Below are positions 35,666-47,472 of a DNA stretch of 64,000 bases, one piece after another. Source of the stretch: Amphiscolops sp. MND2022 (Eukaryota). A model generated the notes under the pieces. That model saw only the letters and a list, made by a program, of their open reading frames with translations, made no database searches and had not been told where the DNA came from. The DNA lies in assembly GCA_964187785.1 (NCBI GenBank), contig OZ076409.1:93746001-93810000 (forward strand), read 5' to 3'. The position numbers and the translations under genes were made by a program. Every line of letters begins with the position of its first letter. Position 1 is the first letter of the stretch.

Positions 35666-36011
35666 GTGCCACTCAGAAAAAAACATCATACTTTTCCGAG
35701 AGAGTTCAATTTTATGGGTTTTTGGGTTTCGAAAATATGTACGATGACTTCCAGCTGTGAAATATGGTCTGAAAGTGTCTGAAGTTGCCGAGAATTTTCA
35801 ATTCTTTTGAAGGATGATAAGAAGCTCTGTAAGCCATTTTACTCTGATTATGGCAAACGTTTTCGTTGACTTCAATTTTGTTTGGTTCCTCTCGAAGCAA
35901 ATTTTCTAAATGTGCTTTCTATCAGAAAACCGCTTTTTATCAAAGTGCATGCGGATTACCAAATCTGTTTATCCTCAATTCCACTGAAAGGTGACGACTG
36001 GCAATTGGGTT

Positions 36012-36852
36012 CCCGGTTTGGAAATCAATCGCAGTCCACCGGTGGTCACCGATGATCCATTGGAGTACCACCTGTGGACCACTGAGGTGGCATCCGCAGC
36101 TTTTGCGGTGGCCACCGGTGGAAAAATTTTGATCCCACCGGTGGTCCACCGGTGGTCACCGAATGTTCCATCCGTGGTCACCGGTGGAAATTGATAAACA
36201 CACCACTGGCGACCGTTGGCTCCACTGGTAATGAATCAGTAACAACCCCAAGTTGGTATCCTTGCAGTATGATTTTGGGACTAATTCAAAATACATGGTT
36301 TTAGATCTTATTCTATTAGAAAAATCATTATAGCCCTTTTACACCAAAATACACTCACTTATTTTTAGGTCTTATTCCATGAAAATACAGTGTTTTTAGA
36401 TAATCTATCAGAAATACGATTTTCGGCCCTATTTCAGCAAAATACAGTGATTTTAGAACTGCGATCTTTCAAATCTGTACCTGGAGGGTGGAATAATTTA
36501 ATCTGTATTCTTTATATCTTATTATACACCCCCTTCCTTCCAATCAAGACCATATTCATCTAAAATTCCTAAAAATCTAACCCAAAATTCGTAACATCAT
36601 ACCTACAAGCGGCTGCAGGAAACGCGGTGCCGAAAAGCGTCCTTAATGCTACACGGGTCATTAAGGCAACCCTCTGAAGAAAAACCAATTATTAACCCAA
36701 ACCAGAAAAATTACGCACTTCAACTGAAAAATGATGACAAGCAAAATTTTACTGGCAAGCATGCTCGAGGGCGTGATTTGAACTTTCAAAATCTGTTTTA
36801 GAATTTTTCAAAATTTTTCCACCGGTGGTTTGCGGTGGGTTGCCAGTACGGG
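36012..36852. mobile_element. EnSpm-like MITE with CCACCGGTGG subterminal palindromes
   Basis: Left CCCGGTTTGGAAATCAATCGCAGTCCACCGGTGG aligns with the reverse complement of the right end, CCCGTACTGGCAACCCACCGCAAACCACCGGTGG; TT/TT flanks. Confidence 0.75.
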
Positions 36853-37477
36853 TTATTATAACACAGACACGATGTTTTTTGGAGCACAATATCTTGTTGA
36901 CCTGGCGTATTTTTTTACATTCCATAAGTTTTTCTGGAGAAAACGTCAGAGCTTGTAAAAAATTCACAGAAGGTACTAGAAATGTTTCATGAGCTGAAAG
37001 GTCTGTTTGGTCACTACATTTGTTCAGTTTACTTTTTTGTTTAGTTTTTGTTTTTTTTTACTTTTTTATTGTAAAAGTGTCTGAGAACGACGAAAAAAAA
37101 ACAAAAGTTCAAAAAGACCAATTCTAAGTTACTTTTATAGCAAAAAGCAAAAACAGCAGATAATGACGCCAATTTTTGACGGTTTTAAACACTTTTTCTG
37201 CAATATTTGCATGTTTTCTTCACAAAGAATGTTTGATTAATTTTTTGTTCCCAATAGTCATCAATTGAATTAAACTGTGTTGTTCGAATTTTTATTTCTA
37301 ATAACAAAATAGTCAACCTGTGAACATCTTTCTGATGTAAAAACTACCCACAGAATGCTTGATCTAAGTCATAGTTACCACAAATTTTCAATTTTCGTTT
37401 TTGAGAAAATTTGTTTATTTTTTGATTGACAGTTTGCGAATGAGAATTTTTGAACCTTTCACGCATCTGTTGTACAA

Positions 37478-37902
37478 TTTTCAGTCGGGGCTTCATGAAG
37501 TGCAACGCGACTATAATAGTAACTCTTTTTTTCAATTCACACGAACTGACCAAAATAGTTCTACAAAGTTCTACGAAACTTTAAGGTGCCAAATTGGACC
37601 ATTTGACACAAGGAACTGAAATATAAAAGTTGTTCCTTTTTTTCCAGCGTAACATACAATACCTGACGAGACTAAAGTGTCCCCCTTTCAATTTTTTGGC
37701 ATTGTGCGACTTTTTTCGAAAGTTTTTTTCTCAATGGGTCCCCCTTATTTTTTTAAAATGTTTTGCGACAGAATCGATGTCCGCGCCAGTCCGATTTTTG
37801 GGTTTTTTGGGTACTGTAAACGATAATACTTGACACTTTGAAGTCCTTTTGCTATTTTTGAGCCTTAGATATAGCGCCGACTTATGCCCTTCCCGGCTTG
37901 TT
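37478..37902 (+). mobile_element. DINE-1/HINE-like family 1 copy
   Basis: ttttcagtcggggc ... gcgccgacttatgcccttcccggcttgtt; internal cccccttt units. Confidence 0.75.
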
Positions 37903-39450
37903 GATGTTACTGGAGGAATGAAAAGCAAGAGATTTGGAAAACAAACCATTTGACTTTTTGGCTCTTCGCAGCATAGTTTCTCTACAGAATTAAAGAGTTT
38001 AAACAGAGAAAAACTTTTTAAAACAAATATAAAAAAGTAGAACATCCTTGTTTTCGGTTATCATGGTGTAGTTGTAAATGCGATAGACTATTTTGGTGCA
38101 GAATCGATAATCGGTTTGGAAAAATGCGTCTTACCTAGCCTTATATGATACCTAAAAAAAACGCACTTGGCGATTAAAACAAAATCAAAAGAGTAACTGC
38201 AAGCAATCAGATCTTTGTGACCTTGTACAAGTCAATTCCAAGTCATGTATGACTTGACCACATGGCTGCAATCATGTTACCGTTGCTTGTTATAGAAAAG
38301 ATTTAATCGCTTCCACGCAGTTTGAGAATTGGAATTTTTCCAAGAGTCAATTTTCACATTTTTAACCTTTTGTTACAAAATTTGAAGTTTTGGATGTTTT
38401 TTGTGGATATGAGTTTTCACAGTGTTCAACAATTTAGCCTACTTTTGTATTTAGAACTGGAAATTTTTGTTTGTTCAAAAACAGTGATAAATTGAACCAA
38501 AAAGTGTCGGTATTTTCAACTTCTGTTGATTTTTTTCGCTAGTGCTACGTTCGATACCTAAAAACAAGTCGTAGCTAACAAAGTTTGGTGAGAAATATCC
38601 GATTCTTTTGCGGACGATTTTTTGAATTGTCCAGAAAAACGGAAGTAAATTTTGGCTTTTTAAAAATATTTTGAGTGCATGAATATCCACTGAGTTCAAC
38701 AAGAAAAACGTTTGCCATCGGGAAAATTTTTAGAACAAATGTTGAATCGATTGATTATGGTTAGTGAAGAAGAATCAATCCGGTATCAAAGGATGAAAAA
38801 ACCCAATAACGAAAGCGTTCCTAAGAATTTTAAGCTCACAGCTGAAAACACAATTCTTTAGTTAATAACCATTCATTGGTCAACAATTTAAATGGAGCTC
38901 AAACGATTTGTTCAGTTATGGTTGATACATTGTCACCAAACGTTTATTTCCTATGAAATCATGCTCGATCATTTTCGAAAAAAAAACAGCGGGACTGGAA
39001 AACATGAATGATGTTTGAACCTTCAAAATTGTTGAGCAAATTACCTTCAAACGTCTTTAGTCTGTAGTCGGTGCTTCTCTTTGAGATTATTAACAAGAGC
39101 GGCAGAAATAGCGCTTTCTACTTTTTGTCTCTAATTTTCTCTTCACTTACCAAAGCAAAAACCTAAAGAAGTGCTTTTTTGTCGGTGCTCTCTGACAAAA
39201 AGAAACGAAATAATGCAAAAAAAATTGGTTTGTTTGATCGACTATCATTTCGAGTGCCGGCATTTTTACCCCATTTTCGATTGATGCGAGAACTGTCGAA
39301 AAACGAAAGGGCTGTTTTCATGGCTAAGATTTCATGTGCAAATTTTTGGTTAGTTAAGGAACGATTTAGTTCGGAGAGGTTACTGAATGTATGGGTCTTA
39401 TCAAGGTCAAGAAGAGAGAATGTTGATTAGGAGAATAGTTAGGTTGGTAT

Positions 39451-39615
39451 ACAAGACTTCTAAGCACCGAGATGTTTTTCCCCCGTATTGCAAATAGAAG
39501 TAAGACTGAGGAATACTGCCTGGGAAAGCAGAAAAAATTTCATGCTGCAGCCCGGGTTCGAACTCAAGACCTACTGACTGGCAGACAGTCGCCCAACCAA
39601 CTGGGCCACCATGAC
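39451..39615 (-). mobile_element. Partial HINE-like family 2 copy with a tRNA-Gly-like segment
   Basis: acaagacttctaagcaccgagat end; minus strand ggtggcccagttgg...ctgcca...gagttcgaacccggg (A-box and B-box). Confidence 0.55.
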
Positions 39616-39793
39616 TAAGTTGAATGAATTATATCACTAAATGGATTTTTTGCACAATTTGGAAAAAAAACACAACACAGATGGTGATTTATCTCCCTCT
39701 ACACAAATGAATTGTTTAGGGGGTAAACTGATAATGATTACAGAAGCTGGTCTCTTCTTATGATAAGAGGAGAGGAATAGCAATGGGTGGATA

Positions 39794-40501
39794 TCCAGTG
39801 TTCGAATCCATTGAACCTTTGCAATGATCATGGCTAATCTTGCTAAATCATGGTTAACCAAGGTACCTTGTCAAAATCATGGCAAATCATGATATATGGA
39901 ACCCTTGTTAAGAACATGGTAAATCATGATGCATGGAACTCTCGTCAAGAACATGGTAAATCATGATACATGGAACCCTTGTCAAGATCATTGCAAATCA
40001 TGATACATGGAACCCTTGTTAAGAACATGGTAAATCTTGGAATTCTTGCCAAGGTCATGGCAAAGCGTGATACATGGAGCCCTTGCAAGATCATGACAAA
40101 TCATGAGAAAAAGAACCCTTGTCAAGATCATTGCAAATCATGATACATGGAACCCTTGCAAGATCATGACAAATCATGAGACATGGAATCCCTGTCAAGA
40201 TCATGACAAATCATGAGACATGGAGCCCTTGTTAAGAACATGGTAAATCTTAGAATTCTTGAATTCTTGCCAAGGTCATGACAAAGCGTGATACATGGAA
40301 CCCTTGTCAAGATCATGGCAATTCGTGATACATGGAACCGTCGTCAAGAACATGGTAAATCTTGGAATCCGTGCCAAGATCATGGCTAACCATGGTTAGC
40401 CTTTGCACGATCTTGCATGATCATGGCAAGATCTTGGCAATGCCAGCAAAGACCTTGGCATGGATCTTGTCAAGGGTACTACCATGGCTTGGAACACTGG
40501 G
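39794..40501. mobile_element. EnSpm-like MITE built from a ~40-bp tandem array (aaatcatgatacatggaacccttgtcaagatcatggc)
   Basis: TIR CCAGTGTTCGAATCCAT / ATGGCTTGGAACACTGGG; more than 10 degenerate units rich in TCATGA/CATG. Confidence 0.8.
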
Positions 40502-40513
40502 TGCAGTACTCAC

Positions 40514-40657
40514 TGCTCGCATATCCTCATGACCCAGCTGAGGATGAACCAGAGGGAGACTGTGAGCACCATCAGCACACTGCCCGGACAAATGGTCATG
40601 AGGGTCTTGATCACGAAGCGGGTGTTGAAGTTGATGCGGTTCAGGGCTCCGATACTC
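40514..40657 (-). CDS. KCNN: SK (KCNN) channel exon, S4-S5 linker and S5: (R)[47 protein letters not shown]
   Basis: tttcAG acceptor, GTgagt donor, 144 nt; [23 protein letters not shown] is a hallmark of SK channels. Confidence 0.95.
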
Positions 40658-41133
40658 CTGAAAGACTCAAACAATGACAATGTCATTCTAACAAGTCTAC
40701 TCAAAAGGGAAACTATTCATTTCATTCGAAAAATAACCATTTTTATGTCATGTTTTTTATTCTCAATAAGCAACAATTTAATATTTTTTGATGTTTTCTA
40801 GGTAGAAAAGCATTCACTTACATTTATATAGTTTAAAAATTTATGTTAGCATCTAACTAGTTTCCTATTCAGCCTTTTAAAAAAAAGATGATCATGCAAG
40901 ATAGTTCTGAGTGTACCCCATATTGTTCCAGAATTTGCACAATTTCTCTCCTAAGATCACCAAACTTTTCCACAATCTGGTCAAACCTTCCATGTCTACC
41001 AAAAGTTTTTTTTATCTTGAGGCCGCTTTGGGCGTAATGTCCGAACACCACTCATACTACTCCTCAAAATGATTAGAAAGAAAATTTTAAAATTTTTGGG
41101 GAAAAGTTTTTCTCGCACTTTGAGGATCTATTT

Positions 41134-41205
41134 GACGGTATCGGGAATCGAACCCGTGATTGCATGACTGGAAGGTTAGCGCGCATCCTATTTGGCCAAA
41201 CTGCC
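41134..41205 (-). pseudogene. tRNA-derived fragment (SINE head or tRNA pseudogene)
   Basis: Minus strand ggcagtttggccaaatagg...cttcca...gggttcgattcccg; B-box and T-arm present, cloverleaf poor. Confidence 0.5.
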
Positions 41206-41242
41206 ATATTATTGACTGTTTAAAATTCAATCATATTGCGTG

Positions 41243-41643
41243 TTTTTTAGTAGGCGCATTTTAACAAAATGACCCCGGCTATTACAGTGGCTAGTTTTTC
41301 TTCTCCAGATAACAGAATGTATGCGCCGTTTTACAGAACTACTAAACTACTGGACAGGCAAACGAAAACGCATCTAAGTTAGTACAAAGGTTGCCCCTTG
41401 CATTTACTCCCTTTTTAACGTAAAATACAAAACCGGACGAGACTATAGGGTTTGAGTTTTTTCGGCACTGTGCGACTTTTTTTCAATTTTTTTATCGCCA
41501 AAGGGTCCCCCTTCAATTTTTTTAATATTTTGCAACAAACTGGATTTTCAAAAAGCCGAAAGGTTCTCCCTTTTGCAAGTTTAAAAACTTTGCGGTTTTT
41601 GAGTGTTAGATATATCGCCGACTTTAGACGTTCCCGTCTTGTT
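41243..41643 (+). mobile_element. DINE-1/HINE-like family 1 copy
   Basis: ttttttagtaggcgc ... cgccgactttAGACGttccCGTCTtgtt. Confidence 0.8.
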
Positions 41644-41648
41644 CTGAC

Positions 41649-41884
41649 CTTGAGGACGCGTCGGTGAAGAGTTTGCTGTGGAGAAGCATGGCCCGGCCGA
41701 TGAGGTAGAGCCTGGAGAACATGAGGGTGGAGAGCAACAGGTGAATGGTCACGTGCTGCTCGTTGAGGTTGTTCACTGGGGGCGTGTGGATAGAGCAGAC
41801 GATGATCTCGGCCGCTATCTGCACTATCCGGTCTCCCGTCAGGGCTATCTGCCAGTCGTCCACACAGTTGTCCACCATGAACAG
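41649..41884 (-). CDS. KCNN: SK (KCNN) channel exon, S3-S4: [16 protein letters not shown]...[24 protein letters not shown]
   Basis: ttggtAG acceptor, GTcaga donor, 236 nt, phase 0-2; LFMVDN..DDW.IA and [13 protein letters not shown] motifs. Confidence 0.95.
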
Positions 41885-41939
41885 CTACCAAAACAGCAGA
41901 AAAAATTCACAAAAAATATGAAAAAAAATGAACAAAAAC

Positions 41940-42155
41940 CGGTACTCCTGACTAAGTGTAGTCCCAAGCGATTTCTCGTGACTAAGTGTGGTCCCTATTA
42001 TATAAGTGTGGTCCCTGCATATTTTGTTATATTATTAATATAACGTCGTCAGCTATGTTCACATACCCCTAGTGCCCTAAATGCAGGAGCGAAGCGACGT
42101 GCCATACAACAAATATGCTAACCTCTTCTAGGGACTACACTTAGTAAGGAGTACC
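41940..42155. mobile_element. Short copy of the MITE at 12-451
   Basis: CGGTACTCCTGACTAAGTGTAGTCCC ... GGGACTACACTTAGTAAGGAGTACC. Confidence 0.8.
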
Positions 42156-42852
42156 AGTACCCAAAAACCATCAATACTGTTTTTCTGTTGAGTGTATGCT
42201 GTATATTTTAAAAAGCCGCAAGTGCAATAAAGGAGGCGGAAACGGATTAAATTATTGAAAATCAAATTACCTACTTTCTTGTCATTTTGTAATTTTTGGA
42301 CTAGTTTTCGCTATGTTTTTCAGATCCTAGCTGTACGATTTTTATGCCACTGCAGACATAGGACCCTAATATGAAGTAGAACGATTGTTTGAAATAGTAA
42401 AAGTTTCGTTTGAATCGTATGGACAATTTTTGAGAAAATCAAAAAACGGCCGTTTTTGTCTTGTCATTTTTTGACTATTGAGGCTATCGTTCTCAGATCC
42501 CTGTCCGACGCTTTTCTTGTCATTGCGCACACAGGAGTGTAGAATGACTGTGTTAGGTTTTATAAAAATCGTGCGGAGAGTTTTTGAGACATTAAGAAAT
42601 ATTCATTGAAAGGTAACGCTTGCATTTTTTCGGACTACTAAACTTTTTCGGACTCCTAAAATATTGTTTGTGGATGTAAGCTTTAGGAGAAAACATTTCG
42701 GTGCAAAAAAGTTGGGTAGTAGGTAGGAACTGTTTGAAGATTCTATTGCAACTTTTCAATACAGTGAAGTTTTTTTCAAAAACAACAGAAAGCAGTTGAA
42801 TTATAACTGATGGTTGAAGGGGTTACTACATAGTTCTCCTGGCAGTACTAAC

Positions 42853-42963
42853 TTGTATTTCGCGGGCGTGATATGCGATGATGCTTCCAACGAGCATGAG
42901 GGTTGTCAGACTGATTCCAGATTTGATCAGCATCAGAACTGAATCCCAGTACTTGTCTTTGGT
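42853..42963 (-). CDS. KCNN: SK (KCNN) channel exon, S2: TKDKYWDSVLMLIKSGISLTTLMLVGSIIAYHAREIQ
   Basis: Not in the ORF track; ttcaAG acceptor, GTtagt donor, 111 nt, phase 0-0; YHAREIQ joins LFMVDN as in SK channels. Confidence 0.93.
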
Positions 42964-43677
42964 CTTGAACAAAACATGCAAAAACATTCAAAAATCATGG
43001 AAGATGAAAAGAGAAACTGAGATGTCCGTGGAAGGAATATTGCCAGCATTTTCCAAGTTGACTTTTAAGTTTGCAAAATTTTATAAATTGCCTGTTATTA
43101 TAGTTATCATATATTACAAATATTTTCCAGGCATTGTCCCTGAATTTTTCATGTTCTATAAAAAAATTAGCCGGCATTTTTTGAACGTGCCTGTAAAACT
43201 TCACCTTGGGCAAGGCCATTGCAAAACCTATGAAAAAGTATGGTACCGAAAAAGATACCGAAAAAGATACCGAAAAAGCGCGTAATTGATGAACCACCGA
43301 AAAAGGTTGCTTATATTTAGAATGGGCTATTTAGTCGTAAATTTCTGATCTAATGTTTGATTTTCAGTCAATTTTTGGCCATGCTTTAAAACACACTTGT
43401 TGTTAAATGATCATACGATGAAACATTATAGATCACCATTTCAATGATAACTGAACGCTTTATTGACGAACTCTAGCTTTATTCGAGCTCCTACTTGAAG
43501 ACTTTCGGAATATTTCAATTGAGTGAATGAATTTTTTTCGAGTAGTAAGTACTTTATAATTAAACTACAGATAACTTCATTATAGTACTACTGGAGTACA
43601 TTCAAAATTTCCCAACTATGATCATCCTGCGTTGAAGAAATGTCGATGAAATGAGTCGTATCGAGATGCATGAAATG

Positions 43678-44160
43678 AACAAGACGGGAACGTTTTAAGT
43701 CGGCGCCATATCTAAGGCTCAGAAAGCGCAGATTTGAAAAATGCGTAAGAGGTTTTCATGAAAAACTCCTGTTTTCGGACCTCCGCCTCCTTCATAAAAC
43801 GCAATATAGTTGGGATATAAGGTCAAAAGTTCGGATATAGAGCTTAACTTCGGATATTACGAAGGGGGACCTTCGAAAAAATCGAAGCGGACCCTTTGAA
43901 GACCAAAAAAGTTTTCGAAAAAAAGTCTCACAGCGCCAAAAAAAAATGAAAGGAGGGACCCTTTAGTCTCATCCGGTTACGTATATAACCGTTGTATAAT
44001 ACGTTTTAAAAGTAAAACTGAAAAGGGGACTCTTTGCGATAACTTAGATGCGTTTCCCAAGTATTGGTTTAGTTGAACAAACTGAACAAAAATTTTGTCG
44101 TTTCGAGTCTGTCTTAAAAAACTAGTTGGGCTCTTTTATTATTAAAAGCGCGGAATAAAA
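43678..44160 (-). mobile_element. DINE-1/HINE-like family 1 copy
   Basis: aacaagacgggaacgttttaagtcggcgcc at 43678; degenerate far end aaagcgcggaataaaa. Confidence 0.75.
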
Positions 44161-46941
44161 CTCTTGGTGCACAAAGCTAAGGTTGAGAGTGAGGAAATGG
44201 TACCATTTATCGCTTCTATGATTATTATGCTAGCAGCGACGTTTGTTTTCAATTTTTCTTCGAGTCGCTCGATGCTAACTTTGTAAGAGTTTTTAACCCG
44301 TATTGGAGGAAGAATTTTCGTGATCCTCCCAAAAGTCTGGTACTTAAACTTAAATCCGCAATATCTCCATAACTATTCAAGTCCGACAAACGATTTATAC
44401 AGCGTTCGAAAGAAGAGCATCAGGGCTTTCAAATTAATTTTTAAACTGCTGGGTTGGGGGCACTGGCTCCGGACTTTGCACCAAAACTTTGCACGCGTTG
44501 TGTCTCTGACTGCGTTTCAGCGTGTTTCAAAACATGCTATGGTCACCTTGACCCAATCTTGTCCCCACTGGTTTAAAGTGGCCACAGAAGAAAACAGGAA
44601 AAACGGAAATTTTGCGCAGTTTTTTTTGGTTTTTTGGTCCCGTTTTGTTTTGATTTTGGAGACATCAAGTCAAGAATCCGTGAAAATGCGTGCAATGCTG
44701 TGTAATCACGTCTGAAAATCTTATTCAAAAGTTTTTTACCATGCTGTCAGCTGGTGCCTTTAGAAGTTTGCAGATCTTGAGTGGTGCAAAAACGTACCGC
44801 AATGCTTTACGGGTTAAAATTTATGCATTTTTTGCACCATTTTCAGCTGAAACTTGCAAATATTCTAAAAATTTTTTAAAAAATTAGTTTCAATCAATAC
44901 ATTTTTTTACAAAATTAGATCTTATAATTTTATTTGTAAGAATTTTTAAAAGAAAAAACGTGGATTAGTCGGTGCGTTTTCTTTTAAGGAAAAAAGCGGA
45001 CTATTACAGTGACTAGTTTTTTTTCGTCACACAGAATGTATGGGTAGTGGACACTTTCTACAGAACTACTAAACTACTGGACCGGCAACCGGAAAGGCAT
45101 CTAAGTTAGTGCCAAGCGTTCCCACTTTCATTTACTCCATTTTTAACCTATGATACAAAACCGTACGAGACTAAAGGGCCCGTCTTTAAGTTTTTTCGGC
45201 ACTGTGCGACTTTTTTCAATTTTTTGTCTCCAAAGTGTCCCCCTTCAAGTTTTTTGATATTTTGCAACAAACTGGATTTTCAAAAAGCCCAAAGCGTCCC
45301 CTCTTTTACAATTTTAAAACATTTGCGCCTTTTGAGCCTTAGATATAGGTTTTCATGAAAAACTCCTGTTTTCGGACCTCCGCCTCCTCATAAAACGCAA
45401 TAAAGTTGGGATATAAGGTCAAAAGTTCGGATATAGAGCTTAACTTCGGATATTACGAAGGGGGACCTTCGAAAAAATCGAAGCGGACCCTTTGAAGACC
45501 AAAAAAGTTTTCGAAAAAAAGTCTCACAGCGCCGAAAAAAATGAAAGGAGGGACCCTTTAGTCTCACCCGGTTACGTATATAACCGTTGTATAATACGTT
45601 TTAAAAGTAAAACTGAAAAAGGGGACCCTTTGCGATAACTTAGATGCGTTTCCCAAGTATTGGTTTAGTTGAACAAACTGAACAAAAATTTTGTCGTTTC
45701 GAGTCTGTCTTAAAAAACTAGTTGGGCTCTTTTATTAATAAAAGCGCGGAATAAAACTCTTGGTGCACAACGCTAAGGTTGAGAGTGAGGAAATGGTACC
45801 ATTTATCGCTTCTATGATTATTATTCTAGCAGCGACGTTTGTTTTCAATTTTTCTTCGAGTCGCTCGATGCTAACTTTGTAAGAGTTTTTAACCCGTATT
45901 GGAGGAAGAATTTTCGTGATCCTCCCAAAAGTCTGGTACTTAAACTTAAATCCGCAATATCTCCATAACTATTCAAGTCCGACAAACGATTTATACAGCG
46001 TTCGAAAGAAGAGCATCAGGGCTTTCAAACTAATTTTTAAACTGCTGGGTTGGGGGCACTGGCTCCGGACTTTGCACCAAAACTTTGCACGCGTTGTGTC
46101 TCTGACTGCGTTTCAGCGTGTTTCAATACATGCTATGGTCACCTTGACCCAATCTTGTCCCCAGTGGTTTAAAGTGGCCACAGAAGAAAACAGGAAAAAC
46201 AAAATTTTTGCGCTGTTTTTTTTGGTTTTTTGGTCCCGTTTTTTTGATTTTGGAGACATCAAGTCAAGAATCCGTGAAAAGGCGTGCAATGCTGTGTAAT
46301 CACGTCTGAGAATCTTATTCAAAAGTTTTTTTACCATGCTGTCAGCTGGTGCCTTTAGAAGTTTGCAAATCTTGAGTGGTGCAAAAACGTACCGCAATGC
46401 TTTACGGGTTAAAATTTATGCATTTTTTGCACCATTTTCAGCTGAAACTTGCAAATATTCCAAAATTTTTTAAAAAATTAGTTTCAATCAATACATTTTT
46501 TTACAAAATTAGATCTTATAATTTTATTTGTAAGAATTTTGTAAGAAAAAACGTGGATTAGTCGGTGCGTTTTCTTTTAAGGAAAAAAGCGGACTATTAC
46601 AGTGACTAGTTTTTTTTCGTCACACAGAATGTATGGGTAGTGGACACTTTCTACAGAACTACTAAACTACTGGACCGGCAACCGCAAAGGCATCTAAGTT
46701 AGTGCCAAGCGTTCCCACTTTCATTTACTCCATTTTTAACCTATGATACAAAACCGTACGAGACTATAGGGCCCGCTTTTAAGTTTTTTCGGCACTGTGC
46801 GACTTTTTTCAATTTTTTGTCTCATAAGTGTCCCCCTTCAAATTTTTTGATATTTTGCAACAAACTGGATTTTCAAAAAGCCCAAAGCGTCCCCTCTTTT
46901 ACAATTTTAAAACATTTGCGCCTTTTGAGCCTTAGATATAG
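43750..46941. repeat. ~1.6-kb direct tandem duplication (43750-45348 / 45347-46941)
   Basis: Near-identical sequence at ~1596-bp offset (duplicate ORFs at 44320 and 45916); AG microhomology at the junction. Confidence 0.95.
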
Positions 46942-46969
46942 CGCGGACTTTAGACGTTCCCGTCTTGTT
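46558..46969 (+). mobile_element. DINE-1/HINE-like family 1 copy (truncated twin at 44965-45348)
   Basis: ttagtcggtgcg ... gcgcggactttAGACGttccCGTCTtgtt. Confidence 0.8.
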
Positions 46970-47048
46970 TCAACTAGGGTTGCTAAGATTTGCAGATGTC
47001 AAACTCAGGTAATATTAATCTGAAAGGAATGGACGGACAACTACTAAC

Positions 47049-47230
47049 TTTGTCGGGTGAGTACTTGGTTTGAATGGTGAACAGTTCGTTATCGATCACC
47101 ATCAGCACGATTCCCAGCCCTGCGAGAAACAGTGCCAGGTCACAAAGCTGCTTCCTCTTTTCGAACAATGACCTTCTGAACCCAAGGCGGTAACTAGCAT
47201 GTGCCTGACTCTGTTTGTCCCGCATCGAAC
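47049..47230 (-). CDS. KCNN: SK (KCNN) channel exon, N-terminus and S1: [61 protein letters not shown]
   Basis: ttgcAG acceptor, GTtagt donor; Y.LG.RR.LFEKRK.L.D.AL.....GIV.MVI..EL motif; the ATG at 47225 may be the start. Confidence 0.93.
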
Positions 47231-47289
47231 CTGCAATTAAAACAACCATTTTTCGTTCGCGAAAAAAATAATTCAGGGACTTTTTTCAA

Positions 47290-47472
47290 AAATTTTGTAA
47301 GTTGCAGCGACTTTTTTCAACGCGCAGTGGAATGCTGCCAAGATTTTCATGCAGCAATATAATTTTACAAGTTTTTTCACTGCGCGCAGTCTGAATTTTC
47401 TATGTTTTATAAAGAAATTACCCTGCGCGTATGCCTGCAACATGTAAAAAGACCCGGCAGTTTCTACTAGTG
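47290..47472. repeat. Dispersed TIR-element fragment, related to 50170-50228 and 53490-53645
   Basis: Shared gttgcagcg..ttt.ttcaac.cgcagtg.aatgct, taccctgc, atgtaaaaaga.cc.gcagt.tc.actag. Confidence 0.6.

Noticed and set aside
39860..40400. CRISPR-like regular repeat array
   Set aside because: Units are contiguous degenerate ~40-bp repeats with no unique spacers, lie inside TIRs, and no cas genes are present
44320..46299. Duplicated 131/127-aa ORFs (MILPKVWYLN...)
   Set aside because: Non-ATG starts, no recognisable domain, explained by the tandem duplication; the minus-strand SYGDI at ~44362 has no pore-helix context
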